Source: a virus (lineage: Duplodnaviria > Caudoviricetes). From it: 26,033 nucleotides of DNA. The stretch covers positions 1 to 26,033 of the IMG/VR virus record IMGVR_UViG_3300046733_000226; one strand, written 5' to 3'. Shown piece by piece: positions 16,023 to 23,566 of the stretch. The position numbers and the translations under genes are program-made. The notes under the pieces are model-generated. The model was not told the DNA's origin and did no database searches. It saw nothing but the letters and a program-made list of their open reading frames with translations. Numbering within the stretch: the first letter of the stretch is position 1; every line of letters starts with the position of its first letter.

Positions 16023-16717
16023 TGTTTTGTCACTCCTAGTACGCCACCTTTAAACAGGCTGTCCAAATAATCTGCTGATGAAGTTGGTGTTATTTCTTCC
16101 AGCTCATCATCCCATCTTCCCTGATTAAGCCATGTTGTAGGGTGTGGTATATATTTCATTTCTTTTTTTGCTACACTATCTGCAAAAGGTTTAACAGCTT
16201 CAAGTATCTTATCAACACCAACTAACTGTGATGCTTTGTTAAAAGCTTTCTGTGCATTTGCCTTGCCAACTTTTCTTGGATAAGTATCCCAAAACTTTTT
16301 AAAACCAATTTCACATGATCTTAATACTGGTTTACTTACTAGGTTATTACTTACAAGGTTATTGGTATGCAGATTTTGCACACCTACCCCTGCAATATTT
16401 TCACCCCCACCCTGCAAATTTTGCACCCCCCCAGATGCCATGTCTTCAGATAGATATAGTATGTAGTTGTTACTGGTTTGTTGTCCATCTTTTCTAAATG
16501 CGGTTTTAATCTCAACTAATTGCATTGCCTGTAGCACATCAATTTGTGAGCGTACTGAGCGTTCAGACATTTCAGCTAATATTGATAATCTTTTTATGCT
16601 TGGGAAACATCTTCCAGTTTCACCATTAAAATGATCTGCCAACCAATATAGAACTATTTTTGTTGCTGGTCTTAAACCTTTTACTTGCATTGCACGCGCT
16701 GTCATTATGTGTGACAT
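16019..16717 (-). CDS. Replication initiator (N-terminal HTH_36-type winged helix)
   Basis: K.VL..LAD....G.CFPSI..L.....MSERSV, QTSN.Y.L; C-terminal FW..YPRKVGK...HPTTWLNQGRWDDE; internal iterons. Confidence 0.85.
   Translation of the reverse strand: MSHIMTARAMQVKGLRPATKIVLYWLADHFNGETGRCFPSIKRLSILAEMSERSVRSQIDVLQAMQLVEIKTAFRKDGQQTSNNYILYLSEDMASGGVQNLQGGGENIAGVGVQNLHTNNLVSNNLVSKPVLRSCEIGFKKFWDTYPRKVGKANAQKAFNKASQLVGVDKILEAVKPFADSVAKKEMKYIPHPTTWLNQGRWDDELEEITPTSSADYLDSLFKGGVLGVTKQ
16334..16426. repeat. Putative replication origin: three iterons plus two AT-rich 15-mers
   Basis: TGCAGATTTTGCAC (16368), TGCAATATTTTCAC (16391), TGCAAATTTTGCAC (16413); tandem ACTTACWAGGTTATT at 16334 and 16349. 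Confidence 0.75.
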
Positions 16718-16795
16718 ATTTTAACCCTTTCCCTGCAAAACACTACATATAGCATTAAGCTCTTGTTTTATGTGTCCATAAGGTATAAGGATATA

Positions 16796-16873
16796 CATAG
16801 TGTTTATGCTTCCCATAGTGTACGAACACTTTCATTTGATATTAAGAGCCAGTTTTAACCGCTGGCTCTTTTT
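16796..16873 (+). ncRNA. Candidate small RNA of about 78 nt
   Basis: TATAAG at 16784, hairpin 16799-16830 with loop TTCCCATA, then an orphan terminator. Confidence 0.45.
16844..16873 (+). terminator. Intrinsic terminator
   Basis: AAGAGCCAG-N9-CTGGCTCTT-TTT. Confidence 0.8.
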
Positions 16874-16899
16874 CGTTTCTAAAAGATGTTTTAAAAAAA

Positions 16900-16954
16900 T
16901 GCAATAGAAATATTGACTACTTGTCCGAGTGGCTTTAGAGTGAGCTTATCAAAT
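16900..16954 (+). promoter_or_regulatory. Repeated phage promoter, copy 3 (divergent)
   Basis: TGCAAT-N7-TTGACT-N13-GCTTTA-N10-ATCAAAT then GGAGA SD. Confidence 0.75.
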
Positions 16955-16965
16955 GGAGAAAAAAC

Positions 16966-17190
16966 ATGATAAAACCACCTATGGCTTTCGTGCGACAGCA
17001 CGTATTTAACAAGATTGCAGACTATTCATTAAATTTAGTTGTGAAATCTGAAACAGACCCAAAATTTACTGATCAAATGTATCGAACACAACAATTCCCT
17101 GCTGGCGCTGTTAGGCTAGTTGGAGAATTTTTAGATGATGCCGTTGCAGAATGGGAAAGAATACAAAAGGAGAATTCTGATGAGCGATAA
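16966..17190 (+). CDS. Hypothetical protein (74 aa)
   Basis: GGAGA SD; first gene after promoter copy 3. Confidence 0.75.
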   Translation: MIKPPMAFVRQHVFNKIADYSLNLVVKSETDPKFTDQMYRTQQFPAGAVRLVGEFLDDAVAEWERIQKENSDER

Positions 17191-17794
17191 ATTTATCAAA
17201 GCAATGGATGCAGTATCATCATTAAATGAAACACATGGCGTTAAACAGAAAGGTGGTAAGCAATATACTGAAGTTGCAAAGCGTGTTGAAGCTTTTCGTC
17301 GTGAATTTGGTGGTGAGTTGGGCATTGAGACTAACATCATACTAAATGATGGTAATGCTGTGATCATCAAAGCTGAAATAAGAACAGCCGATGGATTTAT
17401 AGTTGGCTCTGGGCTTGCTGAAGAAATTAGAGGCTCATCATACATTACTAAAACATCAGCAGTTGAGGTATGTGAAACATCTGCAATTGGACGCGCTCTG
17501 GCTTCACTTGGTCTGCATGGCGGTCAATATGCATCAGCTAATGAAATAGTGGGTGTAGACAGGAAGAAAGCGGCCATTGATAGTAATGAAAAGCCTTTTA
17601 CTGTAGCGAATGTAGACCAAAAATGTGAGGCTTGGGTTCAATTTTACCAAGACTGTAGCTCACAAAAGTTTGCAGATAATGAGGATAAGTTCATGCGCTT
17701 CCTCAATCACAATAAAGATATTGCTGAATGGCAATATGAAGAAATGCATGAGGCTCACCAGAAAAGAAAGACTGAATTAATGGTGGGAAAGTAA
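17180..17794 (+). CDS. Putative single-strand annealing protein (Rad52/Sak-like)
   Basis: AAGGAG SD; GKQY..V.KRV..FR, G.AEE.RGSS.I..TSAVE.CETSAIGRAL; directly upstream of ssb. Confidence 0.7.
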   Translation: MSDKFIKAMDAVSSLNETHGVKQKGGKQYTEVAKRVEAFRREFGGELGIETNIILNDGNAVIIKAEIRTADGFIVGSGLAEEIRGSSYITKTSAVEVCETSAIGRALASLGLHGGQYASANEIVGVDRKKAAIDSNEKPFTVANVDQKCEAWVQFYQDCSSQKFADNEDKFMRFLNHNKDIAEWQYEEMHEAHQKRKTELMVGK

Positions 17795-17807
17795 TTACCA
17801 AATACGG

Positions 17808-17858
17808 CCTAGAGGTTCGATCTGTCACCCTTAAAAGGAACAGGTCGGGCGATCTGGG
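17808..17858 (+). ncRNA. Structured leader upstream of ssb
   Basis: Nested stems CCTAGA/TCTGGG, GTTCGATCTGT/ACAGGTCGGGC and CCT/AGG with four G-U pairs. Confidence 0.55.
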
Positions 17859-17890
17859 AAAATATCTAAGTAAACTAGAAGGAATATTAA

Positions 17891-18256
17891 ATGCTTAAAT
17901 TAAGCCTAATCGGTAATCTAATCAAAGATGCTGAAAATACTGAAGTTGGTGCTTCAAATGTTACCAAATTCACAGTCGCTGTTAATAATAGAAGAAAAAA
18001 AGATGAAGCCCCTGCGTTCATAGGATGCAGTCTCTGGGGAAAAAGAGGTAATGGTTTATTGCCATATCTAAGAAAAGGTACAAAAATTTATATTGATGGT
18101 GAATTAAGTATCCGTTTAAGCGGTGGCAAAACATATCATGATGTAAATGTTTCTGAATGTGAACTTGTAGGCGGAAGGCCAGCGCAAGGTGATAATAATT
18201 ATCAAGCGCCTAATACATCAAACCAAAATGATCTTGATGATGAAATTCCATTTTAG
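17891..18256 (+). CDS. ssb: Single-stranded DNA-binding protein
   Basis: LIGNL..DAE, FTVAVN, C.LWGKRG, YLRKGTKIYIDG; acidic tail DLDDEIPF. Confidence 0.95.
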   Translation: MLKLSLIGNLIKDAENTEVGASNVTKFTVAVNNRRKKDEAPAFIGCSLWGKRGNGLLPYLRKGTKIYIDGELSIRLSGGKTYHDVNVSECELVGGRPAQGDNNYQAPNTSNQNDLDDEIPF

Positions 18257-18269
18257 AAAGGTGATGAAT

Positions 18270-18704
18270 ATGTTTCAATTTGAAAAAGTAGCATCAGCAA
18301 AGCCAGCTACAAAAATTTCCAATAACAGTTTTGCAAAAATTTATACTGGTGAGCGCGGCGCAATCAATCCACAGTTATCATGCACAATTAATGTTGAGAC
18401 TGCAAAAGCGGCTAGAATGGCCGTTGGTGATAGAGTTGCCCTGCATTTGGCCACAGATCAAAAAGGCGATGAGTGGTTATTGATAGAGACTGACCCACAA
18501 GGCGCAAAATTAACCAGCAATGCTAAAAAAAGGAATGGTGAAGATAGGTCTGGCCAATATTATAGGGTCACAGTCAAAGTTGGTATAAATGAATGGATTG
18601 AAAAACGCTTCTCACATGAACAGACAAGATGGCAAGATGAAGATGTTCAAACTAAAATTGGAAGCATTGCATTCCCACTTTCACAAAAGAAAGTATGGTT
18701 TTGA
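18270..18704 (+). CDS. Hypothetical protein (144 aa)
   Basis: AAAGGTG SD before ATG 18270; MAVGDRV weakly resembles an AbrB-like hairpin. Confidence 0.7.
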   Translation: MFQFEKVASAKPATKISNNSFAKIYTGERGAINPQLSCTINVETAKAARMAVGDRVALHLATDQKGDEWLLIETDPQGAKLTSNAKKRNGEDRSGQYYRVTVKVGINEWIEKRFSHEQTRWQDEDVQTKIGSIAFPLSQKKVWF

Positions 18705-19114
18705 GTAAAATCAAACCAAAAATACAGGTGATGAAAGGGCAAGGTCAACTCTTGCCCGTCACACAATATGATGCTGAAGCCCTAGAGGAAACTTCAGAGA
18801 ACTCAATATTCACGCTAAAACCAGAAAAGAAAAGATCACCACCACAGCACAAGCTATACTGGCAAATACTAAATAAAGCCGTAAAAGCCACAAACAAGTG
18901 GGCAACCAGTGAACATCTACATAATGATCTAAAGATGCTGTGTGGGCATTATAAGGCCACTCTTAACGCTTTTACTGGTGATGTTTATTACACGGCTGAT
19001 AGCATTGCATATGAAAAGATGGAACAAGATGAATTTAATAAGTATTTTGAAACTGCTTTAGAAAAACTTTCAACAGCTTTAGAATTCGACCCAATGGAAT
19101 TGTTAGAGAGCTGA
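18695..19114 (+). CDS. DUF1367/NinB-like recombination-associated protein
   Basis: RS..QHKLYW, LH..LK...G, SIAYEKM.QDEF..YF. Confidence 0.75.
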   Translation: MVLSKIKPKIQVMKGQGQLLPVTQYDAEALEETSENSIFTLKPEKKRSPPQHKLYWQILNKAVKATNKWATSEHLHNDLKMLCGHYKATLNAFTGDVYYTADSIAYEKMEQDEFNKYFETALEKLSTALEFDPMELLES

Positions 19115-19118
19115 TACA

Positions 19119-19685
19119 ATGTCTGTTATAGAAACAACAATTGTCAGAGAAGCAAAGTTAGAAGACGTTAAATATGTTATCAGTCTGAGCAAAAAAGAAA
19201 GCCTTAGTTTAGGTTTCATTCCTAAAATGGCTTATGAGGCGGCTATCACTGGAATTAAAACTGGTAAAAGATGGTCGCCTGTCTGCAATGATAAATTATT
19301 CGTATGCACTGTAAATGATGATCTCGTTGGTTTTTGTTTGGCCAGTTTTGGTAAAAGAAACGCAATATATAGAAAGGGAAAGATAGCACAAATATGCCTT
19401 CAGGAAGATGCCAGAAAGCTTGAACGGGGTAGAATGTTATTAAATAGTGTTGTGAAATGGGGATTATCTATTGGCACAATGTCATTTGATGCTGGTTGTG
19501 CTGATGATTTGGAAAGTAATTTTTTCTGGCAATCTATGGGATGGGAAATAGCTGGCACACGAATGGGAATAGGACACAAAAATACTTGGGTTCAGACCAG
19601 CAAAAGAAAAATAAACATCTATAATTATGACCCCAATTGGCTTGTCGGTCTAATTACAAATCAAAATGAAAGGTACACAAAATGA
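19119..19685 (+). CDS. GNAT-family acetyltransferase
   Basis: VREA..EDV, LVGF, IAQICL..DAR...RGR.LL (motif A), SN.FW.SMGW (motif B). Confidence 0.85.
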   Translation: MSVIETTIVREAKLEDVKYVISLSKKESLSLGFIPKMAYEAAITGIKTGKRWSPVCNDKLFVCTVNDDLVGFCLASFGKRNAIYRKGKIAQICLQEDARKLERGRMLLNSVVKWGLSIGTMSFDAGCADDLESNFFWQSMGWEIAGTRMGIGHKNTWVQTSKRKINIYNYDPNWLVGLITNQNERYTK

Positions 19686-19900
19686 CTTTTTACACATTTC
19701 TAGTTTTAACATATGTCGTAGCTGGTGTAGAAATTGAGAAAAAAACACTGTATAGTAGCCAGTACGAGTGTGGAAACGCATTACCAGCCGTATATAAACC
19801 ATATGAAGATATGGATAGTATGGCGCAATGCATTATGACAGATAAAGTTTCTGGTATTAGTGTAAAACCTAAAATACGTCCAAAAGGGCTTAAATTATAA
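19682..19900 (+). CDS. Small putative exported/membrane-anchored protein
   Basis: Hydrophobic N-terminus, two Cys, C-terminal SVKPKIRP. Confidence 0.6.
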   Translation: MTFYTFLVLTYVVAGVEIEKKTLYSSQYECGNALPAVYKPYEDMDSMAQCIMTDKVSGISVKPKIRPKGLKL

Positions 19901-19904
19901 CGTA

Positions 19905-20231
19905 ATGTCAAATCTAACTGGTAAAGCATCTATTGGACTAAAAAAACCAAAGGCGAAAAAAGATGAAAAATTCCTTAAAGAAATCAGACAAAAAAGATGC
20001 TGTATCTGCCAAAAATTCGGCGAAGTCCAAAGAAGCCCCACAACGGCGCACCATCCTATCCATGATAGGTTCAGTGGTGCAAAGCGTCCAGACAGCACTG
20101 CTATCCCTTTATGTGAAGATCACCACCAAGGTTTATGGGGTAATGACAAAACTAAAATCGCTATTCACAAAGAGCCGATAAAGTGGCGTGAAATGTATGG
20201 TGCTGATTATTCTTATTGCACATTAAAATAG
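19905..20231 (+). CDS. DUF968-like Zn-binding HNH-type nuclease
   Basis: CCIC...AHH...D..AIPLC..HH...IH. Confidence 0.8.
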   Translation: MSNLTGKASIGLKKPKAKKDEKFLKEIRQKRCCICQKFGEVQRSPTTAHHPIHDRFSGAKRPDSTAIPLCEDHHQGLWGNDKTKIAIHKEPIKWREMYGADYSYCTLK

Positions 20232-20914
20232 TTGGCGAGTAGCGTAATATTTGTTTCTCGCCAATCTGTAACCTCATAAACAACATCACAATATTGAGCG
20301 ATACTAAAATCATTGCCATAATTGGTTATGCTATCACCAAAGAATATTAATTCTTGATCATAAAAATTTTCTAAAATTTGGCTTTTATCTTTTCCAACTG
20401 GATAAATATCAACTCCAGTTTCACCAGCAATCACACATTCGATCTCTGGAAAGTTTGTTTTTACCTTATGTACCAGCGCTATTCTTTCTTCACTGTAGTT
20501 ATCCCAATCAGTATAAATCTTGCGATCTGTTACTGTTGGCTGTTGACCGCTGATGCTGAAATTTAACATTCCGTTTCTGAAATCAAAGTGTTTGCCGTTT
20601 TTATGTGGAAACGCTGAAACTGCTAAGAAGTTTGCAAGTACAGCAATTAAATATGGTGATGGTGTCCATGTATTTTTTGATATGAGCTTATTTTGTATCC
20701 AATGCTCATTTCCAGCACATGAGAAAACGCCATCAAGAGAATTACAAATTTCATCTCCAAGTTGCCATTTAATCTGATTGTAACCAGCGCCAGAAACTAC
20801 ATAAGTGTAGTTTGCTTGACAGAAATGGCTGAATACTTCTGCAAATGAAGGCTCAATTTTTGACCTATTATCAGTCAAAGTGCCATCCATATCAAAAATA
20901 AATCTTGGTATCAT
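20213..20914 (-). CDS. HAD-IIB hydrolase resembling eukaryotic-type phosphomannomutase
   Basis: FDMDGTLT, VVSG, FRNGMLNFS, G..GVDIYP.G.DK, FFGD....GND. Confidence 0.85.
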   Translation of the reverse strand: MIPRFIFDMDGTLTDNRSKIEPSFAEVFSHFCQANYTYVVSGAGYNQIKWQLGDEICNSLDGVFSCAGNEHWIQNKLISKNTWTPSPYLIAVLANFLAVSAFPHKNGKHFDFRNGMLNFSISGQQPTVTDRKIYTDWDNYSEERIALVHKVKTNFPEIECVIAGETGVDIYPVGKDKSQILENFYDQELIFFGDSITNYGNDFSIAQYCDVVYEVTDWRETNITLLANYFNVQ

Positions 20915-21363
20915 TTTATATTTTCTTCTGGCCTTCCGTCATCCCACTGTACCCTAACTTGTGTGTGTGGCTCAACATCAACATCACAATATCTTTTAAA
21001 GCAAGTTAAGTGCCAAACAGATGCATCATCTTCCCAAACAATTTTATTACATCCATCTAATATTGATTTTGCTAAATTATCTAAATCAAACCTTGATGGG
21101 ATTATAGTTCCAGCCTGACACGCCAGAACTTTTGATTTTGAATATGATTTTGGTATTTGAAAATGTGAAGACATAAGAACACTTACCCTTCTATCTGTTG
21201 GCCTTAATCTAGCCTTCAGCATTGCCACCCACGCCGCTTGACCTACAGACTTTTCATAATCTTTTGTTTTTGGGTCTGTGTAAACATGACCTGACCTAGT
21301 AAATCTTGGTCGAGCCTTGCCTACAGGTGCGCCCATCACCTTAAATTCTAGTGTTTTTAACAT
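20911..21363 (-). CDS. rusA: RusA-family Holliday junction resolvase
   Basis: G.PVGKARPRF, DLDNLAKSILDG.N.IVW.DD..V. Confidence 0.92.
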   Translation of the reverse strand: MLKTLEFKVMGAPVGKARPRFTRSGHVYTDPKTKDYEKSVGQAAWVAMLKARLRPTDRRVSVLMSSHFQIPKSYSKSKVLACQAGTIIPSRFDLDNLAKSILDGCNKIVWEDDASVWHLTCFKRYCDVDVEPHTQVRVQWDDGRPEENIK

Positions 21364-21398
21364 TTCCCTGCTCCTTTTTTTAACTTTTTTTAATTATT

Positions 21399-21453
21399 TG
21401 TAAATTAACTGTTTACATTTGTAATCATAAGCTTTACAGATTGTTTATCAAAT
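21399..21453 (+). promoter_or_regulatory. Repeated phage promoter, copy 4
   Basis: TGTAAA-N7-TTTACA (perfect inverted repeat)-N13-GCTTTA-N10-ATCAAAT. Confidence 0.8.
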
Positions 21454-21488
21454 GAGGGTTCACCTCGCAACCATAGGGAATATAAATT

Positions 21489-21884
21489 ATGAAAATCACA
21501 GTAGAACATGCAAATCGTAACCGCGAAACTGGCGATGTTGAAACATTTACAGCAGTTGCAGAAGTGCAAATTCCAGTAGAATTATCTGATTATGATAAAA
21601 CTAATGAAGCTCTTGAGTATGCATACCGATGGACAAATAACATTGAAGGTTCTTGGTCTAGCGAGTTTTCTATAATTACTATTGCAGATGGTAGCCAACA
21701 TATAAATGGTGATTTTAATAAAGATGTTACTGCATTAGAGCATAGGGAAGATGGTTTAGGTCTGCGGTCTACAATGGCATTTGATAGGTTCATCATTGAT
21801 CATCAAGCAGAAGATGGTTCAGTAGTTCCTGAATACAGACGAACTTTTGAATGTGCATTTGTTGGCTTCAAAGAAATCAATTAA
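21489..21884 (+). CDS. Hypothetical acidic early protein (131 aa)
   Basis: AGGGA SD after promoter copy 4; LEYAYRWTNNIEGSWS, GLRST motifs. Confidence 0.8.
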   Translation: MKITVEHANRNRETGDVETFTAVAEVQIPVELSDYDKTNEALEYAYRWTNNIEGSWSSEFSIITIADGSQHINGDFNKDVTALEHREDGLGLRSTMAFDRFIIDHQAEDGSVVPEYRRTFECAFVGFKEIN

Positions 21885-21885
21885 T

Positions 21886-21936
21886 TTAACTGGGGCGCAA
21901 GCCCCACTAACTCGCGCTAGGAGGCGCATTGATATG
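21886..21936 (+). repeat. Intergenic hairpin plus SD-hairpin repeat, copy A
   Basis: TTAACT GGGGC-GCAA-GCCCC AC...GCGCTAGGAGGCGCATT-N3-ATG. Confidence 0.85.
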
Positions 21937-22128
21937 AACGCAACTTGGGAAAAAGCTTATAATGAAGCAATTGATCTGGTTCATGAGTTTCCTGAAATGG
22001 AACTTACTTCAGCCCTGAAACAATTTGCCTCTAATCATGGCATTGAGGAAGGTGATGATCTCGCCAAATTCGTGAAATGGGGCTGGGATAAAATGTTACA
22101 AATGTATGCTGACTTTGAGCGTAAATAA
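21934..22128 (+). CDS. Hypothetical protein (64 aa)
   Basis: AGGAGG SD before ATG 21934. Confidence 0.8.
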   Translation: MNATWEKAYNEAIDLVHEFPEMELTSALKQFASNHGIEEGDDLAKFVKWGWDKMLQMYADFERK

Positions 22129-22129
22129 A

Positions 22130-22181
22130 TTAAACGGGGCATTTGCCCCACAACACTAGCGCTAGGAGGCGCATTCGAATG
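22130..22181 (+). repeat. Intergenic hairpin plus SD-hairpin repeat, copy B
   Basis: TTAAAC GGGGC-ATTT-GCCCC AC...GCGCTAGGAGGCGCATT-N3-ATG. Confidence 0.85.
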
Positions 22182-22589
22182 AAACTGTATACTAATGGAA
22201 TGGGAAGCTGGGTAGGCACACAGGCGGAAGCTAAGAAAGCTTTTGGCGTTACTACCCCAACTGAAGTGCCAACTGATAAGGCGGCTTTGTTGGATTTCTT
22301 GAATGAAAAGAAAGTTGGTGGTGCAACTTCAACCACCGATAAGCTCAATGAGCATATACGTGCGGCTGTAACATCGCCTGACACGTCCACAGGATACCCC
22401 AGAAAGCCCTTTACTGAGGCTGATGCACCAGTAGGTGATTTAAGGTCTAGGGTGTACCCACACGGCAAACCTCATCAATTCACGACTATTCGGGAATGTG
22501 CTGAGAATGCCAGCCTTACAGATTTGCATCATGCTATTCATATTTACTTGGAACGCATGGATGAGCTTATACAGGCTGACAAATCATGA
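22179..22589 (+). CDS. Hypothetical protein (136 aa)
   Basis: AGGAGG SD; W.GTQAEAK...EVPTDK..LL.FLN. Confidence 0.8.
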   Translation: MKLYTNGMGSWVGTQAEAKKAFGVTTPTEVPTDKAALLDFLNEKKVGGATSTTDKLNEHIRAAVTSPDTSTGYPRKPFTEADAPVGDLRSRVYPHGKPHQFTTIRECAENASLTDLHHAIHIYLERMDELIQADKS

Positions 22590-22849
22590 GCGCTTACGAG
22601 TGTAATGAATGCAAAGATACGGGTGTGGTTTCGTACCCGTATCAGCATTGCCACATGGATGATGAGATCACAATGCATGAAAAGTGCCGATGCAATACAA
22701 ACCCACCTGATAAAGAGTTTTGGAAAGCTCAAGGTGTTTGTGACAATCTATCAATTGATGGAACGCCACAGCAATTTCATGATTATATAAATACCCTGCA
22801 TCCTAAAGTAAAAAAATCAATGCTAAGTATGTATAGTATTAAGTTGTAA
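22586..22849 (+). CDS. Small Zn-finger protein
   Basis: CNECKDTG...CRC; ATGA coupling to the upstream gene. Confidence 0.7.
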   Translation: MSAYECNECKDTGVVSYPYQHCHMDDEITMHEKCRCNTNPPDKEFWKAQGVCDNLSIDGTPQQFHDYINTLHPKVKKSMLSMYSIKL

Positions 22850-22899
22850 ACAATTAGTTGACAGTGCTGTATTTTGCTGTATGATCTACATTATCAAAT
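22845..22899 (+). promoter_or_regulatory. Repeated phage promoter, copy 5
   Basis: TGTAAA-N7-TTGACA-N12-GCTGTA-N11-ATCAAAT then AAAGGA. Confidence 0.8.
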
Positions 22900-22916
22900 T
22901 GAAAAGGATTATTAAA

Positions 22917-23522
22917 ATGGCATACCACGAAAACGATTATGGAAACAAATGGGATAACCCAAGATATGTAGCGGCTGTTGAAGCCAGAATTAAAGCTAAT
23001 GCTATTATAGGTCGCTCTAAAAAGTTTTTTGCTAATGATGATCGCGCACAGGAAATCACAGAATTTCTAGCTGGCGCAAAATATGATAAACCAGATAGCT
23101 TTCTTGGAAAAATGGAAACAGCTTTAAATGATTATGGTTCATTAACTGAAAAACAGCGTGATGCAGTTGTGAAAATAATTGATAAAAGGGCGGCTCAACT
23201 TGCTGAACGCAAAGCGGCTGATGCTAATTGTGTTCATGTGGGTGTTGTTGGTGAGCGTCAATCTTTTGACCTGACAGTACAGCACGTTGTTGAATTTGAT
23301 GGGTTTTACGGCACAACATACGTCAATATCTGCCGTGATGAGAATAATAATATTGTTATCTATAAAGGAACAAACTGCTGGGGTAACAAGGGTACTTTGA
23401 TCAACTGCATGGCAAAGATCAAAGAACATGGTGAGCGCGATGGTATCAAACAAACCACAATACAGCGACCAACTAAAGTATCTGTATTAAATGATGATAG
23501 ATACGAACCACTGAATGTTTAA
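22917..23522 (+). CDS. Phage protein with a probable C-terminal OB-fold
   Basis: YGSLTEKQ..AV; HVG.VGER....TV......YG......D..NN..IYK...A.IK.H....G.KQT.IQRP. Confidence 0.75.
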   Translation: MAYHENDYGNKWDNPRYVAAVEARIKANAIIGRSKKFFANDDRAQEITEFLAGAKYDKPDSFLGKMETALNDYGSLTEKQRDAVVKIIDKRAAQLAERKAADANCVHVGVVGERQSFDLTVQHVVEFDGFYGTTYVNICRDENNNIVIYKGTNCWGNKGTLINCMAKIKEHGERDGIKQTTIQRPTKVSVLNDDRYEPLNV

Positions 23523-23528
23523 TCAAAC

Positions 23529-23542
23529 GGGGCGAAAGCCCC
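23529..23542 (+). other. GGGGC-GAAA-GCCCC hairpin (third copy of the intergenic stem)
   Basis: GNRA-capped stem with no U tract. Confidence 0.7.
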
Positions 23543-23566
23543 ATCAATCAAATGAAGGGTTATAAA

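Noticed and set aside
21380-21417. Canonical CtrA box (TTAA-N7-TTAA)
   Set aside because: The nearby TTAA pair has N6 spacing, and the promoter palindrome is TAAA-N7-TT(G/T)A; similar but not a match
22200-22208. 9-nt complement (ATGGGAAGC) to the candidate sRNA loop
   Set aside because: A single 9-mer match in a window this size is not unexpected by chance
21886-23542. CRISPR-like array from the GGGGC/GCCCC repeats
   Set aside because: Copies are separated by whole genes, not 30-40 nt spacers; no cas genes
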